Assembly (NCBI GenBank): GCA_024711265.1
Contig: JANJTG010000303.1
Coordinates: 1 to 56,504, forward strand
From: Bdellovibrio sp.
Lineage (GTDB): Bacteria; Bdellovibrionota; Bdellovibrionia; Bdellovibrionales; Bdellovibrionaceae
DNA length: 56,504 nucleotides
Direction of reading: 5' to 3'
Shown one piece after another: positions 40,026 to 49,692 of the stretch. Below the pieces are notes generated by a model, which searched no databases, had not been told where the DNA came from, and saw nothing but the letters and a program-made list of their open reading frames with translations. How positions within the stretch are numbered: the stretch's first letter is position 1; every line of letters begins with the position of its first letter. A program made the position numbers and the translations under genes.

Positions 40026-40671
40026 CAGAAATACAGACAAGTGCGGTCCCACGAATATCGTCGACCTTTTCAATCTTAAAGGTGGGAGCCAGCAAATCCT
40101 GAGACTCGGAAAAAGCATTCCATCCATGATCGTCTAAATCTCGCAATAAGAGGTAGGCCTTCCCTTGAGGACTCAGCGCCTTTTTAATGGCCTGAAGCAG
40201 AGTCGCAAAATCTGAATCCATAAAAAATCGACAGCGATTCTTAAATTCAGAGGGGGATAGCTTTCCTTGACCGACGCGAAAATACGGGGGATTGCTCACA
40301 ATAAGATCGTAAGAGCCAAAGAAGGACTGATCTTGAAGCATCTGGTTGTAGTTGGTATTCAGAAATCGAGTCCGTGTTGAAATCGGCCCCAATCGTTGGA
40401 GATTTTCTTCGAAGTGCTGCCGATAGATTCCTTGCACTTCAACAAAATCAAAAACAGCGGGCGTTGTTCCTTTTTCTTTTCGCGAGTGAAAAAGAAAATC
40501 CAACCCAACAATGCCGCAGCCCGAGCACAAATCAAGCCCTCGCAAAGACTCCATCGGATTTACAGAAACCTGTTCAAAGACCTTTCGCGCCAGCATCACT
40601 GAATCATGAGAAAAGCGATACTCTTCCGGTTGGGAATAATGAAAGGTGTAATGAGGGTTGATGGATGACAT
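40018..40671 (-). CDS. SAM-dependent methyltransferase, TrmN6/YfiC-like (tRNA1Val m6A37)
   Basis: Q..EYRFSHDSVML, LDLCSGCG, VSNPPYF. Confidence 0.7.
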   Translation of the reverse strand: MSSINPHYTFHYSQPEEYRFSHDSVMLARKVFEQVSVNPMESLRGLDLCSGCGIVGLDFLFHSRKEKGTTPAVFDFVEVQGIYRQHFEENLQRLGPISTRTRFLNTNYNQMLQDQSFFGSYDLIVSNPPYFRVGQGKLSPSEFKNRCRFFMDSDFATLLQAIKKALSPQGKAYLLLRDLDDHGWNAFSESQDLLAPTFKIEKVDDIRGTALVCISAN

Positions 40672-40957
40672 ACTCAAACTTTTATTGGCAGATTTCGGAA
40701 ATGTCCACAGCTAGGAAAGGCTCTGGGCAGGGTTTTCGAGATTTTCTCGAGAATTTTCAAACGCCCGACTAGACCGTGCTTAAGAAATCATCAACCCCTG
40801 CCTCAGGTCCAAATAAATCCAAGTCTTCCTATGGGCTTAGCCATTTCCAAGCCTTAACACAACAATGTTGATTACCGGTTTTGCGGCAAAAAAAGTGGCA
40901 ATTTTTTCCATGCCCCGTCCAGTTTTATGGTCCTGAAAGCCTTATCTGGCGCGGATT

Positions 40958-40989
40958 TTTTGACAGTCCCGTCAAAATCACACTATCCT
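40958..40989 (+). promoter_or_regulatory. Sigma-70-type promoter of the activator gene with overlapping inverted repeat
   Basis: TTGACA(40960)-N18-TATCCT(40984); TTTTGAC-N6-GTCAAAA spans the -35. Confidence 0.55.
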
Positions 40990-41027
40990 AATTTTAGTGA
41001 TTCGAACCCACCATGGAAGGAAGGTTC

Positions 41028-42431
41028 ATGCGAAGCCAAAGAGTTCTTATATTAGATGATGAGTCCTCACTCCGCACCGCTCTGTTTCGAGTGCTTGACC
41101 GAAAAGGACTGAATGTCATCACCGCCAACAAGATCGAAGAAGCCAAAGTCTTGTGCCAAGGCGATACTCACGTTGACTTAGCGATTGTCGATTTAAATCT
41201 TCCTGATGGTGATGGCATCGAGTTTATGGCGCATTTAAAAGCCATGAGCCCAGCCACCGAAGTCATCATCCTGACCGGTCACGCCACGATTGAATCGGCA
41301 ATTCGTGCGACTCAAAAAGGGGCCTTCCACTTCGTCACAAAGCCTTTTAATTTGGAAGAGCTGATGAGCTTGATCGAAAAGGCTCTCACTCATAAAAAGT
41401 TGCAACAGGAAAACCAGCAACTGCGCTCTGAACTAAATAAGAAATACAAGTTTGATCAAATCATTGGAACCAGTGAACAAATCCAAGGGGTCTTGCGTTT
41501 GATTGAGCGTGTGGCAGATTCAGACTCGACAGTTTTGGTCACAGGTGAATCCGGGACAGGAAAAGAACTCATCGCGCGCGCCATTCACTATAACTCTCCC
41601 CGCGCGACAGGCCCTTTTATTCCTATCAACTGTGGCGCCATCCCCTCTGAGCTTCTGGAAAGTGAACTTTTTGGTCACGTGAAAGGTGCTTTCACTGGGG
41701 CTATCGCCAACCGTGTGGGCCGCTTTGAAATGGCTGACGGGGGCACGATCTTCCTGGATGAAATTGGCGATCTTGAGCCCTCCCTGCAGGTTAAACTTCT
41801 GCGCGCTTTGCAAGAGCGCAGCTTTGAGCCGGTGGGCTCTACCAAAACTGTGACCGTCAATGTTCGCGTGATTGCAGCCACCAATCTGAATTTAGAAGAA
41901 GCCGTTGAAAACGGAAAGTTCCGCGAAGATCTTTTCTATCGCCTGAATGTCATTCCTATCACCGTCCCGGCGTTACGTGAACGTAAAACAGATATCCCTC
42001 TTTTGCTAACTCACTTTATGGATGTATTTAATAAAACCAAAGGGCGTGGCCTTTCGGGAATCACACCAGATGCGTTAGAGTGTTTGGTGAACTACCCGTG
42101 GCCTGGAAACATCCGCGAGTTAGAAAATCTTGTTGAGCGTATGACGATCCTTAAAGGACAAGGTCATGTCGACATCTCGGATTTACCAATCAAATACAAA
42201 TCCGGAAAAACCTCTTCTTCAGAAATCGGTGGATTAGACATTCCAGATAACGGAATGGACTTTAACTCGGCCGTGGACGCCTACGAGAATGCTTTGATCT
42301 TAAAGGCTTTAGAGAAAACGGGCTGGAACCGCAATCAGGCGGCCACTTTGTTACGATTGAATCGCACCACGTTGGTGGAAAAGATTAAGAAAAAAGGTCT
42401 TACACCACCAAATGAAATTGTTCCCATCTAA
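41028..42431 (+). CDS. Sigma-54-dependent response regulator (REC-AAA+-HTH) with FleQ/FlrA-like HTH
   Basis: DDE...DLNLP REC; GESGTGKE; ESELFGHVKGAFTGA; FLDEIG; LRLNRTTLVEK; alternative start 41013. Confidence 0.92.
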   Translation: MRSQRVLILDDESSLRTALFRVLDRKGLNVITANKIEEAKVLCQGDTHVDLAIVDLNLPDGDGIEFMAHLKAMSPATEVIILTGHATIESAIRATQKGAFHFVTKPFNLEELMSLIEKALTHKKLQQENQQLRSELNKKYKFDQIIGTSEQIQGVLRLIERVADSDSTVLVTGESGTGKELIARAIHYNSPRATGPFIPINCGAIPSELLESELFGHVKGAFTGAIANRVGRFEMADGGTIFLDEIGDLEPSLQVKLLRALQERSFEPVGSTKTVTVNVRVIAATNLNLEEAVENGKFREDLFYRLNVIPITVPALRERKTDIPLLLTHFMDVFNKTKGRGLSGITPDALECLVNYPWPGNIRELENLVERMTILKGQGHVDISDLPIKYKSGKTSSSEIGGLDIPDNGMDFNSAVDAYENALILKALEKTGWNRNQAATLLRLNRTTLVEKIKKKGLTPPNEIVPI

Positions 42432-42434
42432 AAG

Positions 42435-42466
42435 AAAAAAGCCCGCTGAAATAGCGGGCTTTTTTT
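42435..42466. terminator. Bidirectional rho-independent terminator
   Basis: AAAAAAGCCCGCT-GAAAT-AGCGGGCTTTTTT between convergent genes. Confidence 0.92.
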
Positions 42467-42794
42467 ATTCCTGAATGGAAATATTATTTTGCACGTCACG
42501 AACGCCCTCAATGGCCATGACTTTTTTCTTCAAGACGTCACCTTCTTCAGGAGATGAAATGGCCCCCTGTAAAACAGCGCGGCCATCACGAATTTTGATA
42601 TTTACGTTGCGCGCCTCATGAGAAAGAGTGGTGTCGCGTTCCAAACTTCGTCGAGCCATCGAAGCCAAGTCTGAATCCGAATAATTCATCATGGTGGGTC
42701 TTTGCGATCCTCGTTGTCTATAAGCCCCTTGTTGGGCTTCCACCGTGCCCCCCAGAAATGCGATAACGAGAAGTAAAGCGAGTTGATTTTTCAT
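42465..42794 (-). CDS. BON-domain exported protein
   Basis: Signal peptide ending VEA; D..LA...L...VNIKIRDGRAVLQG...IEGVRDVQNNI; GGAGGA SD before ATG42794. Confidence 0.85.
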   Translation of the reverse strand: MKNQLALLLVIAFLGGTVEAQQGAYRQRGSQRPTMMNYSDSDLASMARRSLERDTTLSHEARNVNIKIRDGRAVLQGAISSPEEGDVLKKKVMAIEGVRDVQNNISIQE

Positions 42795-42933
42795 AGATTC
42801 CTCCCAAGGTTTCTTCCAATTCAAATGATAACTCTCTGAAAAAAACTGGGTAGACCTGCCCTTAAAATACCAAGGGAGGTATGCCCTTTGACACCCTCCC
42901 CTTTGTTCTTGAACAAGAATTGAAACGGAATTC

Positions 42934-43866
42934 TTACTTTTTTGAAAACAAATGAAGCATTTCAAATAAAGCATCCATCCCCGCCAACGCGGTGATATCG
43001 GCATGATCAAAAGGAGGTGAAATCTCGACCACATCCCCACCAACCAGATTGGGAATCTTCAAGGCCCGGAAGATGCGTTGCACTTCGTATGTAGTCAACC
43101 CTCCTGGCACGGGGGTTCCTGTTCCCGGCGCACAACTCGGATCCAGATTGTCGATATCGTAGCTGATATAAGTGGGTGTTTCATCAAAGGAGGGCAAAGT
43201 CTTGAGGAACGCAGTCAAGGATTGATCGCGGATCTCATCCACCGTGATGACCCGAATGCCATTTCTTTTCACGAAATCCAAATCGTCTCCACCCACCAAA
43301 GGACCGCGGATGCCAATTTGAACCATCTTTTTGGGATCCACCAAACCTTCTTCGACTGCATGACGGGCAAAAGCACCGTGATGGTACTCACACCCCCACG
43401 CCGCAGGATAAGTGTCCAAATGCGCATCAAAGTGAATAAACGCCAAAGGCTTTCCGTATTTCTTCTTAAGCGCTCGCAAGACCGGTAACGTCGTGGAGTG
43501 ATCTCCCCCGACCGACAAAAACTTTTTATTATTCTTTAGTACTTCACCGACAAACTTTTCAATGCGCTCGTAAGTTTGATTTTGATCGATAGGAACCGTC
43601 GGACAATCGCCGATGTCCGCCACTTTGAGTTTTTCAAAAAAGTTCTCCATACGGGTCATATGAAAACCCCGACCAAGACTGGAGATCTCACGCACTTTAG
43701 AGGGGGCGAATCGAGCTCCCGGGCGATAGGAAACCCCACCGTCATAAGGGATTCCAAAAATTCCTACTTCATAATCCGCGTCTATTGCAACGTAGGGCAA
43801 TCGGAAGAAAGTTTTAATCGCAGAAAATCGGGGAAACTCGCGTCCGCTGAGTGGTTTGTATTCCAT
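42934..43866 (-). CDS. speB: Agmatinase (ureohydrolase family)
   Basis: RPGARFAP, GGDHS, DAHLD, DIDNLDP..APGTGTPVPGGL, DVVE. Confidence 0.9.
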   Translation of the reverse strand: MEYKPLSGREFPRFSAIKTFFRLPYVAIDADYEVGIFGIPYDGGVSYRPGARFAPSKVREISSLGRGFHMTRMENFFEKLKVADIGDCPTVPIDQNQTYERIEKFVGEVLKNNKKFLSVGGDHSTTLPVLRALKKKYGKPLAFIHFDAHLDTYPAAWGCEYHHGAFARHAVEEGLVDPKKMVQIGIRGPLVGGDDLDFVKRNGIRVITVDEIRDQSLTAFLKTLPSFDETPTYISYDIDNLDPSCAPGTGTPVPGGLTTYEVQRIFRALKIPNLVGGDVVEISPPFDHADITALAGMDALFEMLHLFSKK

Positions 43867-43904
43867 ATTGACTCCTCAATTATCTGAAGACTACATTACC
43901 GCGA

Positions 43905-44888
43905 ATGACAGCAAAATACGACTATAAACTCGACCACAAACAACTTACGCAATGGTACAAAAAAAATCACCGCTCTTTGCCTTGGCGGGAAAATAAAGAC
44001 CCCTATCGTATTTGGCTCTCAGAAGTGATGTTACAACAAACGACGGTTGTTGCGGTCATTCCTTATTTCGAAAAATTTCTAGGGAAATTTCCGACAGTTC
44101 ACGACTTAGCTCAAGCCCCCGAAAGCGAGGTGCTGGAGGCATGGGCGGGTTTGGGATATTACTCTCGCGCCCGAAATCTTCATAAGGCCGCCAAAGCGCT
44201 GTCACACCATGGGTTTCCGAAAACGGCCAGTGAACTTTTAGAACTTCCTGGTTTTGGCCCTTACACCTCTCGCGCTGTGGCCAGCATTGCTTTTGGTGAA
44301 AAAGTCGGCGTTTTGGACGGCAACGTGATTCGTGTTCTGTCCCGGCGCTACGGTTTGAAATTAGAGTGGTGGAACAACCAGGGGCGAACTCATCTCCAAA
44401 AAATCTCTGATGAGTTGGCCTTGTTAGGACAAGCCGATGTTGTAAATCAAGGTCTTATGGAGCTGGGCGCGACCGTGTGCACACCTCAGAAGGTCACCTG
44501 CATTTTATGCCCTTGGGCTGCAAGCTGTGTAGCGCGAGAAAAAAATGCCGTGGAAAAGCTTCCCCTAAAAAAAACCCGCAAAGAAAGTGAAGTCTGGGTC
44601 TGGAAGCCCCTTGTCGCGATCAAAGACCATAAAGTGGCGCTTGTTAAAAATGACTATGCCCCTTTCCTCAAAGGACAGATGATTTTCCCAGGCGAAATTG
44701 CCAAAGAGAAAAACAAGCCCAAAGACTATGATGCCAAACACAACATCACACATCATGATATCTTTATTCAAATTACTCAGCGAAAATCAATGTCTGGAAA
44801 AAACATTGAGTGGGTTGAATTAAAAGAACTGAAGAAGGTCAACCCTTCTTCGCTGTTACAGAAGGTACTGCATAAGGTTGAGATATGA
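43905..44888 (+). CDS. mutY: A/G-specific adenine glycosylase
   Basis: LPWR..DPYRIWLSEVMLQQT, WAGLGYYSRARNL, DGNVIRVLSR, C-X6-C-X2-C-X5-C. Confidence 0.93.
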   Translation: MTAKYDYKLDHKQLTQWYKKNHRSLPWRENKDPYRIWLSEVMLQQTTVVAVIPYFEKFLGKFPTVHDLAQAPESEVLEAWAGLGYYSRARNLHKAAKALSHHGFPKTASELLELPGFGPYTSRAVASIAFGEKVGVLDGNVIRVLSRRYGLKLEWWNNQGRTHLQKISDELALLGQADVVNQGLMELGATVCTPQKVTCILCPWAASCVAREKNAVEKLPLKKTRKESEVWVWKPLVAIKDHKVALVKNDYAPFLKGQMIFPGEIAKEKNKPKDYDAKHNITHHDIFIQITQRKSMSGKNIEWVELKELKKVNPSSLLQKVLHKVEI

Positions 44889-45910
44889 AGTGGGTCAGTG
44901 GTGCGATCGCGGGATGGTTATTTCTTTTAGTTGGTTGCACCCACTTGAGTCTTACTAAAGACATCCTGCCTTCTGACTATCTTCTCGCTAAAGGTTCAAA
45001 ACAAATTACTTTCCTCGGAGATAATGATCACCCTCGCTTTTCGAGGGACGGCACTCGTTTACTCTACACCAGTCGCAACCGCGTCCTGCATAAAGGCGCT
45101 CAGATCTATGAAATGGATCTCCTACGCAATAAAGAACGTCGCGTGACCTTCTCTGATGGCGACGCTTTAGATGCTATCTATATCAGCGATTCGGAAATCC
45201 TTTACGCCTCCACTACAGATGAAATCAAAGAGAGTCCTTTGTTAAACAAAAATTTTGACAAAGACTTTCCCCCTTCGGATTTGTATATGAGTGACCTCTA
45301 TGGGAATGACATTTTGCGTGTCACTCAACAGCCCGGATTTGATGCCAGCCCCTTGTTTGTTCCACACGCCGCAAAACCTTTTATTCTTTTCACATCTCGC
45401 CGTGGAGAACTCTCCGGGATCCACCGCCTTGATCTTAAGAATCTGCCAATCAGTCTTGTCTCTGCTGAAAAAGAAAAAGAGAAAAGGTTCCCCACGCTCT
45501 CTCCGGATCAACAACACGTGGCGTGGGTAGAGAAGAATCTGAAAACCGACGAATACAGCCTTGTCCTGTATTCCTTGAAAAAGAAGACACCCCTGGTTCT
45601 CAAAAAAGGAGAGGGCGTTTACCGAGATCTGTTTTTTGCTCCTCGAACGCCGCAAAGACTTTTTTATAGCATTCTTCGTAAGGGTGAAAAACAGTACCAG
45701 ATTGAAGTCTATGACCTTGAGAAACAATGCACTCAGGTGGCTTTCAAAGGTCAGGATTCCTTGTCGTCTCCCGCGCTTTCTGATGAGTCCACAGAACGAC
45801 TGGCCTTTGCTCGTTCTTTTCAGGATAAAAAACAAATTTACATGGTGAATCTTCCTACGGATTTAGGCCCTTGCCTGGAACCCCCTGCTCAAGATACTCT
45901 TAAAGAGTGA
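44885..45910 (+). CDS. TolB-like (PD40) beta-propeller lipoprotein
   Basis: LVGC lipobox; PRFSRDG, PTLSPD repeats; QIYxM motifs. Confidence 0.75.
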   Translation: MKWVSGAIAGWLFLLVGCTHLSLTKDILPSDYLLAKGSKQITFLGDNDHPRFSRDGTRLLYTSRNRVLHKGAQIYEMDLLRNKERRVTFSDGDALDAIYISDSEILYASTTDEIKESPLLNKNFDKDFPPSDLYMSDLYGNDILRVTQQPGFDASPLFVPHAAKPFILFTSRRGELSGIHRLDLKNLPISLVSAEKEKEKRFPTLSPDQQHVAWVEKNLKTDEYSLVLYSLKKKTPLVLKKGEGVYRDLFFAPRTPQRLFYSILRKGEKQYQIEVYDLEKQCTQVAFKGQDSLSSPALSDESTERLAFARSFQDKKQIYMVNLPTDLGPCLEPPAQDTLKE

Positions 45911-46488
45911 GATATTTACTTGTCCTCTTTCTTCATCTTCCTTTTGTCGCCCTGGCAGCCCCTTATCCGGCAACCAGCTCTTCGGCACTGACCACGCCCG
46001 AAAAAGGACTCTATTTCCTACACAGAGGTTTTACGTTAAAAACGGAAGGCACTGACTGGGTCCCGGTCAGCAACTCGGAACAAAGTTTATTGGATACGGT
46101 GCGCTTTTCTTCAAAAGAAAACTCTAAAAGCGGCAGTCTCAGCATTCGTACAGATAAGGTCGCCAAAAATGCGTCCCTCGAACTCTATACTCGCAAGTGG
46201 ATGCGCGATTACCCCAACTATGGCTTCGAGGTCATTTCTGCAAAAAATTTTAGCCTCAACGGAAGCCCCGCTCTTGTAGTGGATATGTTATCTCGCACAA
46301 AGAACAAACAGATTCGCCAAGTGATTCTAAAAAATGAGGACCGCGTGGCTATTATGACTTGTCTTGATGATAAGAAAAATTTTTCGAAATCACTTCAAAG
46401 TTGTAATCAAATAATGAAGACCTTTGCTTGGAGTTCCCAACAGACGCCTTCCGAGAAGCCCGAACCCACTGCGCGCCCGGCTCAATAA
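45907..46488 (+). CDS. Exported hypothetical protein, possible PsbP/DcrB-like fold
   Basis: Signal peptide ending ALA; LNGSPAL...RQVIL...AIMTC...IMKTF pattern. Confidence 0.6.
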   Translation: MRYLLVLFLHLPFVALAAPYPATSSSALTTPEKGLYFLHRGFTLKTEGTDWVPVSNSEQSLLDTVRFSSKENSKSGSLSIRTDKVAKNASLELYTRKWMRDYPNYGFEVISAKNFSLNGSPALVVDMLSRTKNKQIRQVILKNEDRVAIMTCLDDKKNFSKSLQSCNQIMKTFAWSSQQTPSEKPEPTARPAQ

Positions 46489-46563
46489 CCGAGGCCGATT
46501 CTCGAAAGAGTCGAACCAGACTTTACAACCCAGACTCCTGAAATTATTCTGTTTAGACAGAGG

Positions 46564-47250
46564 TTGTCTTTGAAGCCTGTTATCTTTGCGCTCATTCTTT
46601 GCCTCCCTTTCGCTGTCGGTGCTCAAGTTCCCTTGAGAGTCGGAATTCCTACAGGTCAAGATCCCCATATCTATTTAGTCGCGAATCAACCTCAAGGGGA
46701 TGAGGGGCTCTTGCTGAATATGGCTCTACTCAAGGCGGGTTTTGAGCCTCAGTACTTTCACTTTCCCTCGTTGCGAGTCATTGAAAGACTACGCAACAAT
46801 CAAATCGACGCTACCATCAACGTCAAAGAAGAGTCCTTACCCTTTGCGTTTAAATCTTCCTTTTCCTACGATTTCCAAAATTGTGCTGTTACAAAAATTG
46901 ACAGAAAAATTCATTTAAAAAAGATCGAGGATTTTAAAGATCTCGACGTGGTCGCATTTAAGAATGCAAAAACATCTCTGGAAAGAGATCACATCACGGA
47001 GATCATGACCACCGCCAAAAGCTATCGGGAAATTCAAGACGTCGACACCAGAATTAAACTTCTGAAATCGGGACGCGTGGACATCATGCTGTCCGAGAAA
47101 TTAGTTTTTCTTCACTATCTGCAAAAATTCACGTTGGGTTCTCCGGATGAGTACCGCTTTGACTGTCTATTTAGTCCAAATCGTTACTACTTGATCTTTA
47201 GAGATAAGGACCATCGAGACCTCTTTGACCGAGCTTTCAAAACCAAATAA
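46564..47250 (+). CDS. Orphan substrate-binding periplasmic protein (family 3-like)
   Basis: Signal peptide; RVIERLRNNQIDA and LLKSGRVDIML lobes; no adjacent permease. Confidence 0.7.
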   Translation: MSLKPVIFALILCLPFAVGAQVPLRVGIPTGQDPHIYLVANQPQGDEGLLLNMALLKAGFEPQYFHFPSLRVIERLRNNQIDATINVKEESLPFAFKSSFSYDFQNCAVTKIDRKIHLKKIEDFKDLDVVAFKNAKTSLERDHITEIMTTAKSYREIQDVDTRIKLLKSGRVDIMLSEKLVFLHYLQKFTLGSPDEYRFDCLFSPNRYYLIFRDKDHRDLFDRAFKTK

Positions 47251-47269
47251 AAAAGAATCTCAAACAAAT

Positions 47270-48463
47270 CTAATATAAGAGATATTTCTTTCTTTCCTTG
47301 GCCCAGGCCTTTTCGTCTTTAACTAAAGCGGCCTCTAAATCCTTGGGAGTCGCTTTCGCGTTCTCGATCCAATTTTTCAAAGCAGGTCCCCCATTGATCA
47401 CATCGAAAGCCAGACGGTCGCGAACATACTCGTAAGCAAAGTCACGATAGATCGGATATTGAGGATGCATCTCGCGAATTACCTTGAGCATCAAAGCCAC
47501 AAGTCGGAACGGCTTGAAAGTCTCGTGTTTGTAGCTTTGCGCATCGGTGTGAAACTGAAAACCATGACAGAGTTTTCCCACATGCTTATGAAACGTCGGC
47601 TCAAAGAAACACTCTCGCAATGTCACACCTTTAAACCATTGAGGCGCTTTTTTCTTCATGCGCACTAAAACTTCGGCAAAATCGATGTCGGAAGCTCCGA
47701 TCACCTCAAGAGCTCGTGTGGTCCCACGCCCCTCTGACAAAGTTGTACCCTCAATCAAAACAGTTCCCGAATAGGCGCGCGCCATGTTCAAGGAGGCTGC
47801 GTTGGGAGACGGGTTGACCCAAGGTCGCTTCAAATCCCAACCAAACCCCGGCCCCTTATCAGGGGAATAACCCCTCATCTTCACAACCTGAAGATCCAAA
47901 TTCATTTTGTAGAAATCTTTAAAATACAAAGCCAACTCCCCCACCGTCAGACCATGACGCATGGGAATTGGAGCCGCTCCGACAAAAGACTCCCAACCCG
48001 GAAGCATTTTAAAGCCTTCGATGGGACGTCCCGCCGGATTGGGGCGATCAAGAACAATCACAGTTTTGTTCAACTTCGCGCACTCTTCCATCACATATAA
48101 CAATGTCGTGATAAAGGTGTAGATACGACAACCCAAATCTTGGAGATCAAAAAGAAGAACATCGAAGTGTTTCATCATTTCTGCGGTTGGACGACGAACC
48201 TCACCATAAAGACTGAAGATTGGGATCTGATGGACTGGATCAACAAAGTCCGGGCTTTCGATCATATTGTCTTGTTTGTCACCACGGACTCCGTGCTGAG
48301 GACCGAAGGCGCAAGAAAGTTTGATCTTTTTAGAAAGCAAATCCAAGCTGTGCTGAAGATTTTCGTCGACACTGGCAGGGTGGCAAACCAACCCCACACG
48401 TCTCCCCTTCAGGGATTTCAAAATTTTTGGATTCGACAACAAAACTTCAACGCCCAACTTCAT
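47270..48463 (-). CDS. namZ: Exo-beta-N-acetylmuramidase NamZ (DUF1343/YbbC family)
   Basis: FGPQHGVRG, SLYG..RRP, DLQDLGCRIYTF, LDRPNP, RHGLTVGELA, WVNPSPN, SEGRGTT. Confidence 0.88.
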   Translation of the reverse strand: MKLGVEVLLSNPKILKSLKGRRVGLVCHPASVDENLQHSLDLLSKKIKLSCAFGPQHGVRGDKQDNMIESPDFVDPVHQIPIFSLYGEVRRPTAEMMKHFDVLLFDLQDLGCRIYTFITTLLYVMEECAKLNKTVIVLDRPNPAGRPIEGFKMLPGWESFVGAAPIPMRHGLTVGELALYFKDFYKMNLDLQVVKMRGYSPDKGPGFGWDLKRPWVNPSPNAASLNMARAYSGTVLIEGTTLSEGRGTTRALEVIGASDIDFAEVLVRMKKKAPQWFKGVTLRECFFEPTFHKHVGKLCHGFQFHTDAQSYKHETFKPFRLVALMLKVIREMHPQYPIYRDFAYEYVRDRLAFDVINGGPALKNWIENAKATPKDLEAALVKDEKAWAKERKKYLLY

Positions 48464-48542
48464 ACAACTTCCTTGCTAAGAGAAAATTGTAAACCAAAGT
48501 TTTTGAGAACGACCAGCCATTTTTTTGAGGCGAAATCAATCA

Positions 48543-48585
48543 GCCCCCACCAAGGACTAGTGAGGGGGGCGGATCGGGTGGGGGC
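48543..48585 (-). terminator. GC-rich hairpin right after hemB stop (possible terminator or stabiliser)
   Basis: GCCCCCACC...GGTGGGGGC arms; weak U-tract. Confidence 0.45.
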
Positions 48586-48586
48586 G

Positions 48587-49573
48587 CTAGTTTCGGTGAG
48601 CCGCGAGCCACTCTGCCATCGGCAACGCGAAGTAGGTGAAGATCACATCCGCTCCGGCACGACGGATGGAGTAAAGCGTTTCCACCATCGCCCGCGTTTC
48701 ATCAATAATGCCTGCCTTGGCCCCGGCTTTGATTAGACCATACTCGCCACTGACATTGTAAGCTGCGACCGGTAAATGAGTGTGGGCTTTCACGTCAGCG
48801 ATGATATCTAAATAACTCAGAGCTGGCTTAACCATGACCATGTCAGCACCTTCCAACTCATCCAACTCCACCTCACGCAAAGCTTCGCGAGCGTTGCGGA
48901 AGTCCATTTGATAAGTTTTCTTATCGCCAAACTTAGGGGCCGAATCCAAGGCCTCACGGAAAGGACCATAAAAACTGGAGGCATACTTGGCTGAATAAGA
49001 TAGAATTCCCGTGTCGATAAATCCCTCTTGATCCAAAGCCTCGCGAATGGCCCCCACACGTCCATCCATCATGTCAGAAGGGGAAACAATATCCGCGCCC
49101 GCCTGGGCATGAACAATCGCCATCTTCGCCAGAACTTCGACTGTCTCATCATTTAAGATCTTCCCGTTTTTGACAATGCCGTCATGACCGTCCGACGAGT
49201 AAGGATCTAAAGCGACATCTGAGATCAAAGTCACATCCGGAAACTTGTCGCGAATCATTTTCAAAGTCGTCGGCAAAAGGCCGTTGGGATTGAGAGATTC
49301 TTTTCCGTAAGGATCTTTATGCACCTCTGAAAGCGCAGGAAAAAGATCAAATGTTTTCACTCCTAAAGCCACGGCCTTTCCCACTTCCTGCAAAAGAACA
49401 TCAGGACTCATGCGATAAATCCCGGGCATGGACGAAATCACTTGCTGCTGGCCTTTCCCTTCACAAAGAAACAAAGGCAATACAAGTTGAGACACCCTCA
49501 AATCTGTCTCTGCCACCATTTGTCGCAAAGCTTCTGTCTTACGGTTTCGTCTGGGTCTTTGAATGAGCTTCAT
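48587..49573 (-). CDS. hemB: Porphobilinogen synthase (Asp-rich, non-Zn type)
   Basis: RPRRNR, DVALDPYSSDGHDG, SDMMDGR, FYGPFREA, MVKPA, AYNVSGEY. Confidence 0.96.
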   Translation of the reverse strand: MKLIQRPRRNRKTEALRQMVAETDLRVSQLVLPLFLCEGKGQQQVISSMPGIYRMSPDVLLQEVGKAVALGVKTFDLFPALSEVHKDPYGKESLNPNGLLPTTLKMIRDKFPDVTLISDVALDPYSSDGHDGIVKNGKILNDETVEVLAKMAIVHAQAGADIVSPSDMMDGRVGAIREALDQEGFIDTGILSYSAKYASSFYGPFREALDSAPKFGDKKTYQMDFRNAREALREVELDELEGADMVMVKPALSYLDIIADVKAHTHLPVAAYNVSGEYGLIKAGAKAGIIDETRAMVETLYSIRRAGADVIFTYFALPMAEWLAAHRN

Positions 49574-49641
49574 AATTCCTCCACCGGGTCCTTATACAAT
49601 TTGAACCTAAGTCCTTGTGCGCTGTGCTTCAAACAGGTTGA

Positions 49642-49679
49642 TGACAATTCGATGACACTTAACTGAAAGTTTAGTGATA
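49642..49679 (+). promoter_or_regulatory. Phased direct repeats TGACA-N6-TGACA-N6-TGAAA-N6-TGATA (HemR/OmpR-type boxes)
   Basis: Repeats start at 49642, 49653, 49664, 49675 (11-bp period) in the hemB/hemA spacer. Confidence 0.75.
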
Positions 49680-49692
49680 AACCTGTCTGCAC

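Noticed and set aside
40946-40965. TGGCGCGG as a sigma-54 -24 element before the activator gene
   Set aside because: No GC at the required distance; a sigma-70 promoter fits better
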